A stretch of 64,000 nucleotides of DNA. Source: Octopus sinensis (taxonomy: Eukaryota). Made by a program: the position numbers and the translations under genes. Shown here one piece after another: positions 51,503 to 62,942 of this stretch. Location of the stretch: the NCBI RefSeq assembly GCF_006345805.1, contig NC_043014.1:30628001-30692000 (forward strand), given 5' to 3'. How positions within the stretch are numbered: the stretch's first letter is position 1; every line of letters starts with the position of its first letter. Under the pieces are notes generated by a model. That model was given only the letters and a program-made list of their open reading frames with translations, ran no database searches and was not told where the DNA came from.

Positions 51503-52491
51503 AGAAAACAAAAAAAAAGAGAAAAAATGTATAAAATTATATTTGCCAGTATTTTTTTATAAAAGAATTTTGTAAAGATTTGGAAACAAAAGAAAATATT
51601 TTAAAAAAGTGTTATCTTCATAAAAAGTGGAAAAACAAAATAATAACAATGAAAAAGACACAATAACAAAACAATCTACAAAATTCATTTCAGTAATATA
51701 CAAGGACAAATAAGGCACATAGTTTCCACAGTAGTGGTGGTCAAGGTAGATTAAACATAATTTGTATGGAATGGATATCACAAATAAACAGGAGTAAGTA
51801 CTGCCTTGGTTACCAACAACACAGGTGAGCAAAGCTAGGCTCACAAAGGAATTTCAATTATACACACCTTACTCGTGACAAAAGTGAGGCAACTAGTAGA
51901 TGTCATGGACCATAGAGAAGGTAATTAATAACTAAGAATCAATAATGATGATGAAAATGACTAGGAACATCAGGCATGATATTTTGGTTATGAGAAGAGG
52001 AACTAAAGCCTAGTGTTTTATATCTTGCCTAAAGGTATTTTCTTAACAATGAAAGGATTTCCAAAAGAGAGATTCAAACCAACATAGCAAATAATAACGA
52101 TGCATATGTTGTTGGTTGATCTATTTGTAATACTGATTGTTCTTGCATGATAAACCTTAAAACCTTCTGATTATCTTCCAAAGAAAATAAGCTATTCGCC
52201 ATAAAAGTGTCAGATAAGGGAGGTAAATACAGACGAGATTTTGAAACAAGCAGTAGTAATTAATTACCATGATTAAAATAGGATAGCTAACAATTACACA
52301 AAGGCAGACAGGCAGACAACCACTCCAAAGTCTTGTAACTGGCAAAACAATAACAAACACACTATCAGAACATTTAAACTAGTCGCATATACATAGAATT
52401 ACAAAAAACTTCAGTACACTCTCTCACATTCACTTATAGCTTTACATTTACACATTTTTCATTTTTGGTCTATTTTTTCTCTCCATTCTTT

Positions 52492-52617
52492 TCAGTTTTC
52501 CTCATTGCGTAACTCTTTTACAGAAGACGCATTCGGCCAAGCGGACTGAGAGGAGACGATTGGTCGTAACAGATCACGGATTTTGGTGAAGTTCCTTTTG
52601 AATTGAATTCCATCACC
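52492..52617 (-). CDS. CHEK1: Chk1 terminal coding exon (CM2)
   Basis: Acceptor ttttattttcag. Encodes GDGIQFKRNFTKIRDLLRPIVSSQSAWPNASSVKELRNEEN-stop, versus human GDGLEFKRHFLKIKGKLIDIVSSQKVW. Confidence 0.95.
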   Translation of the reverse strand, partial: GDGIQFKRNFTKIRDLLRPIVSSQSAWPNASSVKELRNEEN

Positions 52618-53956
52618 CTGAAAATAAAATACATTAAATGAATCCATAAATAGAGTGGAATGTCAAATTATATTGAGGGAGAGAGCATGATTAGTCAAAA
52701 TATCCAGCTTCCTCTACCCACAAGGTTACTTGCAGCAGGGAAAGGAGGAGAGGTGGTCAAAGACAATGCTCTGTTTCTAAGAAATTGGCAAATTCTTTAT
52801 TACTTTTAATATTGAAAAAAATACAAGTTCTTAATTTAAATCTAGTCCAGTATCTTGCATACATCTGCCACATATTTAACCAACACTTTCCAGTCAGTCA
52901 GAAGTATTATTGGATAGCAAACAAGATGTGAGACCACAGACAATCAAACAAATACAACATAGCAGAATGATCGATGTGATCTCAAATCAGACTAAAAAGC
53001 ATGAGAAATTTTCCAATATCATTATTTTTAATTCCTTAGTCAGCGAAGGCACATGGCTTAGCGGTTAGGGTATTCAGCTCATGAGTTTGATTCCTTGCCT
53101 CGTGTTGAGTCCTTGAGCAAGTCACTTTATTTCACATTGTTCCAGTTCATTCAGCTGGCAAAAATGAATTGCACCTGTAGTTCAAAGGCCCGACCTTGTC
53201 ACATTTTGTGTCACATTGAATTTCCCTGAGAACTACATTAAGAGTAAGCGTGTCTGTGGAGTGCTCAGCCACCTGCATGTTAATTTCACAAGCAGGCTGT
53301 CCCACTGATTGGATCAACTGGAACCTTCATCATTATAACCAACAGAGTGTCAATCAGCAAACGATTTATAGAAAATCAATATAAGATCTTGTTAAAATAG
53401 TGAAGAGGCAGCAAGGTATAAAATACTATTACAAAACAATTCGTGCAACTGTCAACAACAACAACAAGACAAAAAAAACGGTAAGCAGGTGGAACAGTCT
53501 AATGATCCAATGGGATATGGGATATATTCAAGTTCACATAAGGCTAGTTTGGATTTTTTTTCTCTTTGATCTGAAGCCAATAAATACCAGTAATATATTA
53601 AGACCAATTCCAGCTACAACACGTCTCTTGTATTCTCTTTAGAAGTCACTTAACACACCAAAGATCAGCTGCCACCCCCACTGCAAGCTTCCATCTAATT
53701 TCTAATTAGTTTGGATTGCCAAGTCACCTTCCATAGCTTTCTTGACAAGAATTATCATTAACACCTGTTTTGGAGTGGAACTCAACACATAGGCATAGGT
53801 GTGGCTGTGTGGTAAAAAGCTTGCTTCCCAATCACATGGTTTAGGGTTCAGCCCTAGTGTGGCATCTTGGGCAAGTGTCTTCTACTGTAGCCTCAAGCAG
53901 ACCAAAGCCTTGAGTGTATTTGGTAGATGGAAACTAAAAGAAGCCCATCATATATA

Positions 53957-54009
<53 letters not shown>

Positions 54010-54440
54010 ATGAGTGTGTCTTTGCGCATGTTTGTCCCCCATCACTGCTTGACAATTGGCGCTGATGTGTTTATGCTCCCATAACATAGCAGTTCAGCAA
54101 ATCTAATGTGATCTGCTTTTTTTTAAAGATGCTATAGTATGATGAGAGATTTGGCATGTAGAAGCTTCAGAATTGTTGTTACTGAGGTTTAGCTTCGGGT
54201 CAGTTGTAAATCAGACAAACTATGTTCAAGGGCATTCCCGCCATGATTTTCTTGTCTTTTTGTATAGCTGGGTTTATGCAGTTCAATGTCAACATTTTAA
54301 ATGTTAAGGTGTGATTTAACTGCCATTTCTAGCAGGTTGAGCAACCATGTAGATACTATAGGACGAAAAGAACAGCTATTGATAGTAAACACACTAAAAA
54401 GAAATCCTATATTAAAGAATACAATAAAGGTGTACTTACC

Positions 54441-54541
54441 TTTGATAACCGGAAATCTACCAAAAGATTCTCTCCCATCTTAACAAGAGCAGCCTTGAAC
54501 GACAATGGACACTTCCTTCTGTCAAAGGTTTGTATTGTAAA
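54441..54541 (-). CDS. CHEK1: Chk1 penultimate exon (KA1), with a 1-nt frameshift in this sequence
   Basis: AG/GT bounded, 101 nt. The 5' frame reads FTIQTFDRRKCPLSFKAALV and the 3' frame reads [13 protein letters not shown], versus human [34 protein letters not shown]. One base is missing near 54479-54482. Confidence 0.9.
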
Positions 54542-54898
54542 CTGCAAAGAAGAAAAAATACATAGCATAAACAAAATGAAATAAAACTCCTCTTCTTTAT
54601 CTACAGCCTAAATAAACAATACCAAAGGTGGAAAACCTGCAACTTTTGCTGCTCTTAACTCTTCAGAATTCAGATTATTCTGTCAAATGTAATGCTTATT
54701 TATTTATTAACATTATTTTGAATTAATCATGCATTATTTTGTAGCTTTGAGATTTCATCACCAATCATCATCAACAATTAATGTCCATTTCCCATGCTGG
54801 CAAAGGTTGGACGGCTTGACAGGAACTGTCTGTTATGGCATTGTTTCTACCGCTCAATACCCTTCCAGACTCCAACCATTTTACAGAGTGTATTGAGT

Positions 54899-55413
54899 AC
54901 CGTAAATCCTTGAGTATAGTCCGCCCTAGAGTATAATACGCAGGGGATTTTTAGGGGGTTGTACCTCTGAAAAACCTAAACCTTGTGTATAATATGCACC
55001 CCTTCTCTAACTTGAGTCGTGCGTAATTAAGCCAGCAGCACCTAATCAAACAAACACTTCCACACATGCATAATACAATAATGGTGATGTTCTTAACTGT
55101 TATATGGGAATGTAAATATGCTTTCAAATTGTTTCTGTTACATGTTATTCTGTGTTCTGAATACTTTTATTTTAATAAATGTTGCTAACTGCAAGTTATA
55201 GATGATTCTTCATTGCTTTCAGGCTTAGCTTAAGGTATTTTCGCGCCTGACATCACAAATTGCGTCTGAATAAACATTGCGGATAGCAAATAGAGACTCT
55301 GACATTGCTTACAAAATATTTTTCATTTTTAACCTCGTATATAGTATGCACTAGGGATTTTGACCTTTAAATTTGGAGGAAAAAATGCGGATTATACTCG
55401 AAGATTTACACTA
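54899..55413. mobile_element. Tc2/pogo-like MITE
   Basis: TIR pair taccgtaaatccttgagtata and tatactcgaagatttacacta, with TA-type ends. Confidence 0.6.
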
Positions 55414-55823
55414 CTTTTTACAGGTGCAACTCATTTTTGCCAGCTGAGTGGCACCAATTTCAAGTATGATTAAATATCAACCCATATTTTATCAAATTTA
55501 GAAGAGCAAAGTAAAACATGATGCTAAGCAACATTTAGAATGTAAAGGGACATAACCAAATATACCCCAAGGTACTATGACAAACTCTCAACTAATTTTA
55601 CCTTTTTACCCACTAATAATGGTTTCTAAGAAAGGCACAAAACCTGAAATTTTGAAGAGCTTAGTTGATTAAAGCAACCCCCAGTACTTGACTGGTATTT
55701 TATTTTATAGACCCCCAAAAGGATGATAGGCAAAGCTGACCTCAGAAAAAATATTGTAAGGCCCAACAAACTAACAATTCTGTGAATCTACCAATTTTTA
55801 CCACCTGTTAGTAATCCTTTCTG

Positions 55824-56224
55824 GATCTTTTCGGTTTGAACAGCAGTTTTTTCTAGCGGTGTCACATGAAATTGTCACCCATAATTATGACCCTAGTATC
55901 GATCTATTGCATTTCAATCTGTGTTAGGGTTAGTTAGGGTATCTTGTTTTCTTCAGAAATGTAAATAAACCCAATCTGTTTCTTAAATGAGGGACATATT
56001 CATACGGTACAGAATGTTTTCACCTCAACAGACATCATTGATTGATTGAAATTGCAGAAATTGAAGAAACAAAACAACAAATATCTTACAAACTATAGAA
56101 TTTTCTCAATAAAGCCAAGAGAAAAAGATGTTTTATAAACACATTCTACCAGTATACGAAGTTTAAAAGAGTTTAGTTATGTGGAAATTATTAAAAAAAA
56201 CTGCCGTTCAAACCGAAAAGATCC
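55824..56224. mobile_element. Merlin-like MITE, copy 2 (in a Chk1 intron)
   Basis: Same TIRs and internal sequence as copy 1, with a perfect 8-bp TSD tcctttct. Confidence 0.88.
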
Positions 56225-56525
56225 TCCTTTCTACTATAATTTTGAAGGGGGCTAGTCGATTACATTGACTCCAGTGCTCAACTGGTGCTTATTCATAGAC
56301 CCCAAAAAGGTGAAAGGTAAAGTTGACCTTGGCAGAATTTGAACTCAGACTGTTAAGATAGACAAAATGCTGCTAAGCATCTTGCCCAGGGTGTTAACAA
56401 TTCTGCCAGCTCACTGCTTTTTACTACCTATTAATAATGGAAGTAGATAAGAAATGATCTGAAAAAGAAGACAAATACTTTTATTGCCAAGTGAAATAAA
56501 AATGATATACAAACTAAAAACTTAC

Positions 56526-56657
56526 CAATCCTAGAGAATTCTTTTTCCAAGTGTAATTGAGAGTTTCAAAGGCTTTCGTTAATTCTTTAACTGTTGCTTC
56601 TTGGTTACATTTTACGAAAAAGCGAGTTAACCTTCGAACAAGGTGTGGACCAGATGA
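56526..56657 (-). CDS. CHEK1: Chk1 exon, KA1 domain N-terminal part (CM1)
   Basis: AG/GT bounded, 132 nt, phase 0-0. Encodes SSGPHLVRRLTRFFVKCNQEATVKELTKAFETLNYTWKKNSLGL, versus human RLVKRMTRFF...LGYQWKK. Confidence 0.95.
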
Positions 56658-57271
56658 CTGTAAAAGATAAAAATTAAACTGACTAAGAAAAAGGAAGCAA
56701 CTTGGCAAATAATTTCATAAGAAAGTAAATACACGTAAGAGTTATAGAAAAAAATAAATAACAATCCTACTATTTCTACTTACAGCCTGAAACCATCTGA
56801 TTGGAAAGCAAACTTCTTACCATATGAAGGCATGTGGTGTTGTGGTTGGGGTATTCAGCTCATGATTATAAAGTCATGAGTTTGAAAACTGGCTGCACAT
56901 TGCATTCTTGAGCAAGACACTTTATTTCACATTGCTTCAGTCCATTCAACTGGCAAAAATGAGTAGTATCTGCAACTCAAAGGGCCAGCTTTTTCACAGT
57001 CAGAGTCATGTTAAATCTCCCTGAGAACTATGTTAAGGGTACACTTTTTTTTGTGGAGTACTCAACCACTTGCACATTGTCACAACCAGGCCATTCCACT
57101 GATCGGATCAACTGGGACCCTCCTCATTGTAACCATGGAGTGCCAACCATACCACACTGCCATGCCTGCACCTAAGTGTTATAAAACAATGGAACAGATG
57201 GTAACGTGGGGGTAGATATTTAGAAAGTCTACAGAGAAGGTCACCTAAATGTTGTTCGTAAGCAAGATTAC

Positions 57272-57431
57272 CTGAGATTCTTGTGTTTGGTGTTGACTTG
57301 ATAACATCATGTGATCTGGACGAACTGGCTGAGAGTATGTAAGTGCTTTGAGGGAATCACCAGCAGATGAGGGGCTCTCTGTGGCACGCAAAATAACATC
57401 AGGCTGGGACAAGGAGAACTGATGATCAAAT
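57272..57431 (-). CDS. CHEK1: Chk1 exon, SQ-rich regulatory region
   Basis: AG/GT bounded, 160 nt. Encodes FDHQFSLSQPDVILRATESPSSAGDSLKALTYSQPVRPDHMMLSSQHQTQESQ, matching the Chk1 SQ cluster (vertebrate SSSQPEP...SFSQPTCPDHMLLNSQ...SSQ). Confidence 0.93.
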
Positions 57432-58740
57432 CTAAGACAAATAAAGAAACAAGGGAATATATATTAGGACATTTATTTCTAAAAAAATATTTAGAAGAAA
57501 ATTTTTTTTAAATAATTATACTTTTTTAAATAAACAAACACACACACATTTAGTACATTCCATTTGTGACCATTTCGCTGTTTTTAGAAGAATATATTGC
57601 TATGTATTGCAAGAAACAGCTAGGTTTTTTTTCTCTAATATTTTAGTTCAACCTACACAAATTAATGTGTGTAAAACAAAATATAAATTTTGTAAGAAAT
57701 TTCTGTAAAACTAGTTTCAAACATCGAATGACTATGTAGGTCCACCAGAATAAAATAGTAGTCAAAAGGGCCTATAGATAGAAAAAAATGGTTGAGAACC
57801 CCTGTAATTAAACCCGTGCTTTGGAAGCAAACTTCTTACCACAAGCCAAATTTTAAACTTTAAGACAGTTTTTCTTTTCTTTAAACTTCTCTGCAAAGAA
57901 TGCTAATTATTTTCATTATATCTCCAGTATTCCATGAAATTCAAGACAGCGAACCATGGCTGTATATCATAGGTTCCCAAAGCGGGCGCTACTACCCTCC
58001 AGTGGGCGTTGAGATAGTCCAGGTGGGCACTGGTGCCTAAGGGGGCCAGGGGAGGAGAGAAAAGGAGGCGTTGGGAGGACGGCAGTGGATTGGGGGATGC
58101 TATGAATTTATTATATTATTATTACAATATTGTATGAAAAATTATATAATATTATATTAAATATCAAATGATTCATAGTATATATAAATTAGTAAAATAT
58201 AAAATATTTATTTATACATAAAAATAAGGGTGGGGTGGTGAGGGTATTATGTGGCGGGGGGGGGGCAAAAAGTTTGAGAACCTTTGCTGTAGATTAACCA
58301 AAGTCAACAACACTCAACTACAGAGACACCATCTTTTATACACACACACAACAAGTGCTAAAACATATACACACAAATGCTAATGTAGTGGTTTCAAATT
58401 TTGGCACAAGGCCAACAGGTTTGGGGAAGGGGCTGAGTTGATCAAATCAACCCCAGTGTTCAACTGGTACTTATTTTATCAACTCCAAAAGGATGGAAGG
58501 CAAAGTCAACCCCAGCAGAATTTGAACTCAGAATGCAAAGACAGATAAAATGCTGCTAAGTATTTTGCCTGGCATACTAACAATTCTGTTAGCTTGCTGA
58601 CTTAGATAAATCCTAATTTATGAAAGGCCATACATGCATACAATCAAAAACTCAAGGACAAAGAGAGAGAGAGGGAGAGAAAACAAGATGACCATTTTAT
58701 AAAATGTTCTACAGACTTTTGGAATTGAAATGAAACTTAC

Positions 58741-58837
58741 TTTCCAACAGCGGAAGGAGAAGATTGGTCTAAACCAGAACATCGACGTTTAAATGTTCCA
58801 GAATCACCAGAAAGGTTCTCTAACCGTATTGGCATAG
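58741..58837 (-). CDS. CHEK1: Chk1 internal exon (linker after the kinase domain)
   Basis: Acceptor tttatatttgcag and donor gtaag. 97 nt, phase 1 to phase 2, encoding (x)MPIRLENLSGDSGTFKRRCSGLDQSSPSAVG(K). It splices in frame to the next exon. Confidence 0.8.
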
Positions 58838-60582
58838 CTGCAAATATAAACAGAATCACATTTAGACACATAGTAATATAAAGCCTATGGAGGTGTGTGG
58901 CTTAGTGGTTAGGGTGTCAGCATCATGATCGTAAGATTGTTGTTTCGATTCTTGGACCGGGCGATGCATTGTGTTCTTGAGCAAAACACTTCATTTCACG
59001 TTGCTCCAGTCCACTCAGTTGGCAAAAATGAGTAACGCTTGCGATGAACTGGCATCCCGTCCAGCTGGGGAACACATGCGCCATAGAAACCGGGAAACCA
59101 GGCACATGAGCCTGAATAGGCTTTAAAAGGGCGCATTTATTATTTTTAATATAAAGCCTACTTGTATATGTCTACATATATATAAATAGGAGAAAAAAAA
59201 GAAGTCACTGCATGTAGGAGAGTTTATTTGTCAGATGATAAAGATTCATATTGTTGCTATCTTTTATCTTTCATTTGTTTCTGTCATTGGATTGTGGCAA
59301 TGCTGGGGCACCACTTCGAAGTATTTAGTCAACTAAATTCACTGCAGTACTTATTCTTGTTTTTTGTGTTTGTTTTTTTAAAGCCTAGTACTTATTCTAT
59401 CAGTCTCTTTTTACCAAACTGCTAAGTTACAGAGATGTAAACGAACAATAGTTGCTCTGAAGTAGTGGGGGACAAACTCAAAGACACCTATACAAGATAT
59501 GCAATAGGTTTCTTTCAGTTTCTGTCTGCTAGATCCATTCACAAGTCTTTGGTCAGCTGACACTTGGTCAAGTTCCATGCAATGGGACTGAACTCAGAAG
59601 CATGTGGTTGGGAAGCAAATTTTTACCACACAGCCACATCTGCACCTATTAAATCAATTTAAATAAAATATTGCTTTTCGTTTTAATTTGCAATGGAAAC
59701 ATTCTGAAAATTACCATCTAGCAGGAATTATGCAAAAGTATATTCTTTTTCACAATTTGTAATACTTGTTAATACCTACCAAACTACAAGACTTTGTTTA
59801 TTTTTGTTTTCAAAATTCTTTCTCTTAAAGCAAACTGAGCAAGCCCAAGAAGAAAATCAATAAACAAATAAAAATCTTACATTTTCTCAAGTTCTTTGAA
59901 AACCATTGGTTCTTTTTCATCTGTGGAACTGTATAACGTTTTTTGCTGTTTTCTATTAAGATTTTTCTTAAAAGAGCTGGAAAAAAAATGCAATATATAT
60001 GTTATACTACAGAAATAAGTAAAATTATTAATACTGTTATTCTGAGCAGGATTGTTAGATCAATTTTATGATAAGTAGCACATTGTATTAAAAAGTAACT
60101 TAAAATGAAAATTTTACTAATCACCATTTAGCATCCACTTTTCTGTGCTTGCATGGGTCAGATGGAGTTTATTTGAGACAGATTTTCTACAGCTGGATGC
60201 CCTTTCTGTTGCCAACACTCACCTGTTTCCAAGAGAGGTAATATTTTTCCATGGCCAGACATATTTTCATAAAATACTGGAAATGAATGACACTGTTCTG
60301 GTATGGTTTCTATGGCTGGATGCCTTTCCTAATGCCAAGCACCCCATAGAGTGTATGAGCAAAACGCCCCACCGTCCAATGGACAGTGCTGAGTTGCCAA
60401 ACATTTAAACCAAATTTTCTCAAAACAACTTGTCCAACCGTCCCATAGGCCTCCCCTTTGAGAAACACTGATTTAACCTAAATTTGAGACACCCGCAAAA
60501 GAAGAAATAAAGATAGACTTTTTTTCTATTCCAAAGAAAAACAACTTTATTCACACAAATATGCAACCGAAGAGTTTAAAGT

Positions 60583-60912
60583 ACTAGTAATGACAAGGCT
60601 GTTGACTGGGAGAACACAAACATGGTTTAAACAGTAAGCTTGGCAGGAAAGAAACGTGACTTTAAGCAGTACAAAAACAACAAAAAATGGAAGGTGCAGT
60701 TATGTACAGGTTGACGGAAGAAAAGCAGGACAAAAACGGCTTTATCGATCACATTCTCACCTGGAATCGATTTCGGTAATTTTTTCAAGACTTATATACG
60801 CCCTGATACCGTCAGTATCTACATATCAAATTTGAGCAGAATCAGATGGAGGATGTCCGAGATCCGAGAAGACACACAGACAGACAGACAGAACGGATTT
60901 TATATAAGAGAT
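60583..60912. mobile_element. Possible non-autonomous Helitron-like element
   Basis: Begins actag and ends acagacagacagaacggattttatataagagat, an end pattern common in Helentron/DINE-like repeats. No ORF. Confidence 0.3.
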
Positions 60913-61039
60913 CTGATGTGTTTTATGTAGCACATGCACCAGTGTTTTTAACATGACACCAGTGTTTTTAACATGACACCAGCAGAAGGGCATTGTATGT
61001 GGAACCAGCAGAGGTATCGATTCTGCTGTGGCGGACAGG

Positions 61040-61078
61040 AAAAGATGTTAAATGATAATTTATCATTTAACATCTTTT
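61040..61078. repeat. Perfect palindrome with 19-bp arms and a 1-nt spacer
   Basis: aaaagatgttaaatgataa t ttatcatttaacatctttt. Confidence 0.95.
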
Positions 61079-61369
61079 GAATAAATAAATGGAAAGTCTC
61101 AAAGCAGTTGCATCCATGTTATGTATGTGAATGTTGTTACATGTCACTACCATAGCTTCATGTTAGAGCAAACTTTTTTGAATAAAATAGAGTAGAAAGA
61201 AACAATGTGGAAGGCTGTAAACCGAGCTTTATCTGTAATTCAACAAGCCAACTTTGACCCTGTATCAAAATGATTTTGCCTGAGGATCAAGTAAAAAGTC
61301 TTCAGCTATAGCACCATGCCAACCAAAACCTTGTGAGTAGACTTGGTAGATGGAAACTGAAAGTTGTGA

Positions 61370-61685
61370 TACCTGTGCTGGTGGCACGTAAAAAGCACCA
61401 TCCGAACGAGGCCGATGCCAGCGCCACCTTAACTGGCTTCTGTGCTGGTGGCACAAAAAAGCACCAACCGATCATGGCCGCTGCCAGCCTCCCCTGGTAC
61501 CTGTGTCGGTGGCATGTAAAAAGCACCCACTACATTCACAGAGTGGTTGGCGCTAGGAAGGGCATCCAGCTGTGGAAACACTGCCAGATCAGACTGGAGC
61601 CTGGTGCAGCCTCCTGGCTTCCCAGACCCTTGGTCAAACCATCCAACCCGTGCTAACACGGAAAACGTACGTTAAATGATGATGT
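61370..61685 (+). mobile_element. Solo RTE 3'-tail copy (one of 10 or more)
   Basis: Matches 24490-24702. Other copies at 16685-16790, 27505-27725 and 30415-30580 (+), and 40130-40320, 42345-42630, 44845-44985, 50228-50670 and 60128-60350 (-). Confidence 0.85.
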
Positions 61686-62942
61686 ATCTTCATGTTTGTT
61701 TCCCACCACTGCTTGAAAAGCGGTGTTGATTTGTTTACAGCCTTGTTCATGTGTGCGTGTATGTATGTGTGCATGCAATTGTGTTATTGCGTATGTGTGC
61801 ATGTATCAAGTAACCATTCTCAATAAGCAGCCAGTATTGCTCCAGTTATTGTTGTTTCAAAGAACAGTAAACAATAATTTAGGTCAGAGATAATGATCTA
61901 ATTAGCCACAGTAATAACCTGTTAGTCTGTCAGGGCTTGTGCAAACAATTACATGCAAGAGTTCTAAAACACTGTTGCTGCTGATGGGCGGAGTGGAGTA
62001 GGGGTGTGGTGAAAGTAAAGCAGGAAGGGTTTCTTAGTCAGCCATATGTTCACAGAATGAACTTTTACATCCAATGCTGCTTTCTAAAAGGTTGCTTCAT
62101 ATGCTAGAAATAGTAGCAAAATCTCCCTCAAAATCACACCAAACTCTTGGGAAAATGCAGGAATGTATTAGATATTGTAGTCCTCGATTAGATACAAAAT
62201 GCTCAAATGAAGGACAGGAAGCTGATCGGGGGCTGTGCAAGGACAACAATGACAAAAAAGTAGGATAGTATAAGCTGGTCAATCGACAAAGTTGTTGATG
62301 TTGGATAGAATATTTTGTGGCATTTATTCCAAATCTCTGTATTCCGGGTTCAAATTTTATCAGGATCAACTTTACCTTTCATCCTTCAAGGATTGGTACA
62401 AGCAAAATGCCAGTCCAGGACAATGGATTGGTAGAATTCTTAGACTGTCAGATGGGATGTCTTGTATTATCTTATTTATCTCAGTGCATTCAGAGTTCAA
62501 ATTGCACTGTCACTGAAAAATGGTGACACTTTTAACAGGAATTGCAACCAGCAAATAGTATCAGCATTTTGAAAAGTCAATGGAAGTAGTTTCCTTGGTT
62601 CAATCAGAAGACCAACTGTTACCACCAACATAATACATAGCTCAATAACTTACTTTTCATTTCTTTTAGTCTGACCATTTCTCCCCCCCCCTCCTCCCCA
62701 AACTAACCCTGTCCCTCTCCCTATGTCTTCTATATGCCCCCGTCTTCGATAACCACCATCGCCATATATAAACCAGCGACCGCAAATCGCTAAGCCCACT
62801 CGCTTTCAACTCCACTACGAATGCACAGCTCATGAACGGCTAAAAGTTAAGATTTCTTCTTTCAACCTCGCTTCCTACTACCCTCTGCACGTATAATCAC
62901 TATTCCTTCAGTTCCTTCAATTTCTCTCTCATATTTTCCTTC

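Noticed and set aside
62640-62680. Possible upstream Chk1 kinase-domain exon ending at a gtaag donor
   Set aside because: No frame matches Chk1 kinase motifs and there is no acceptor.
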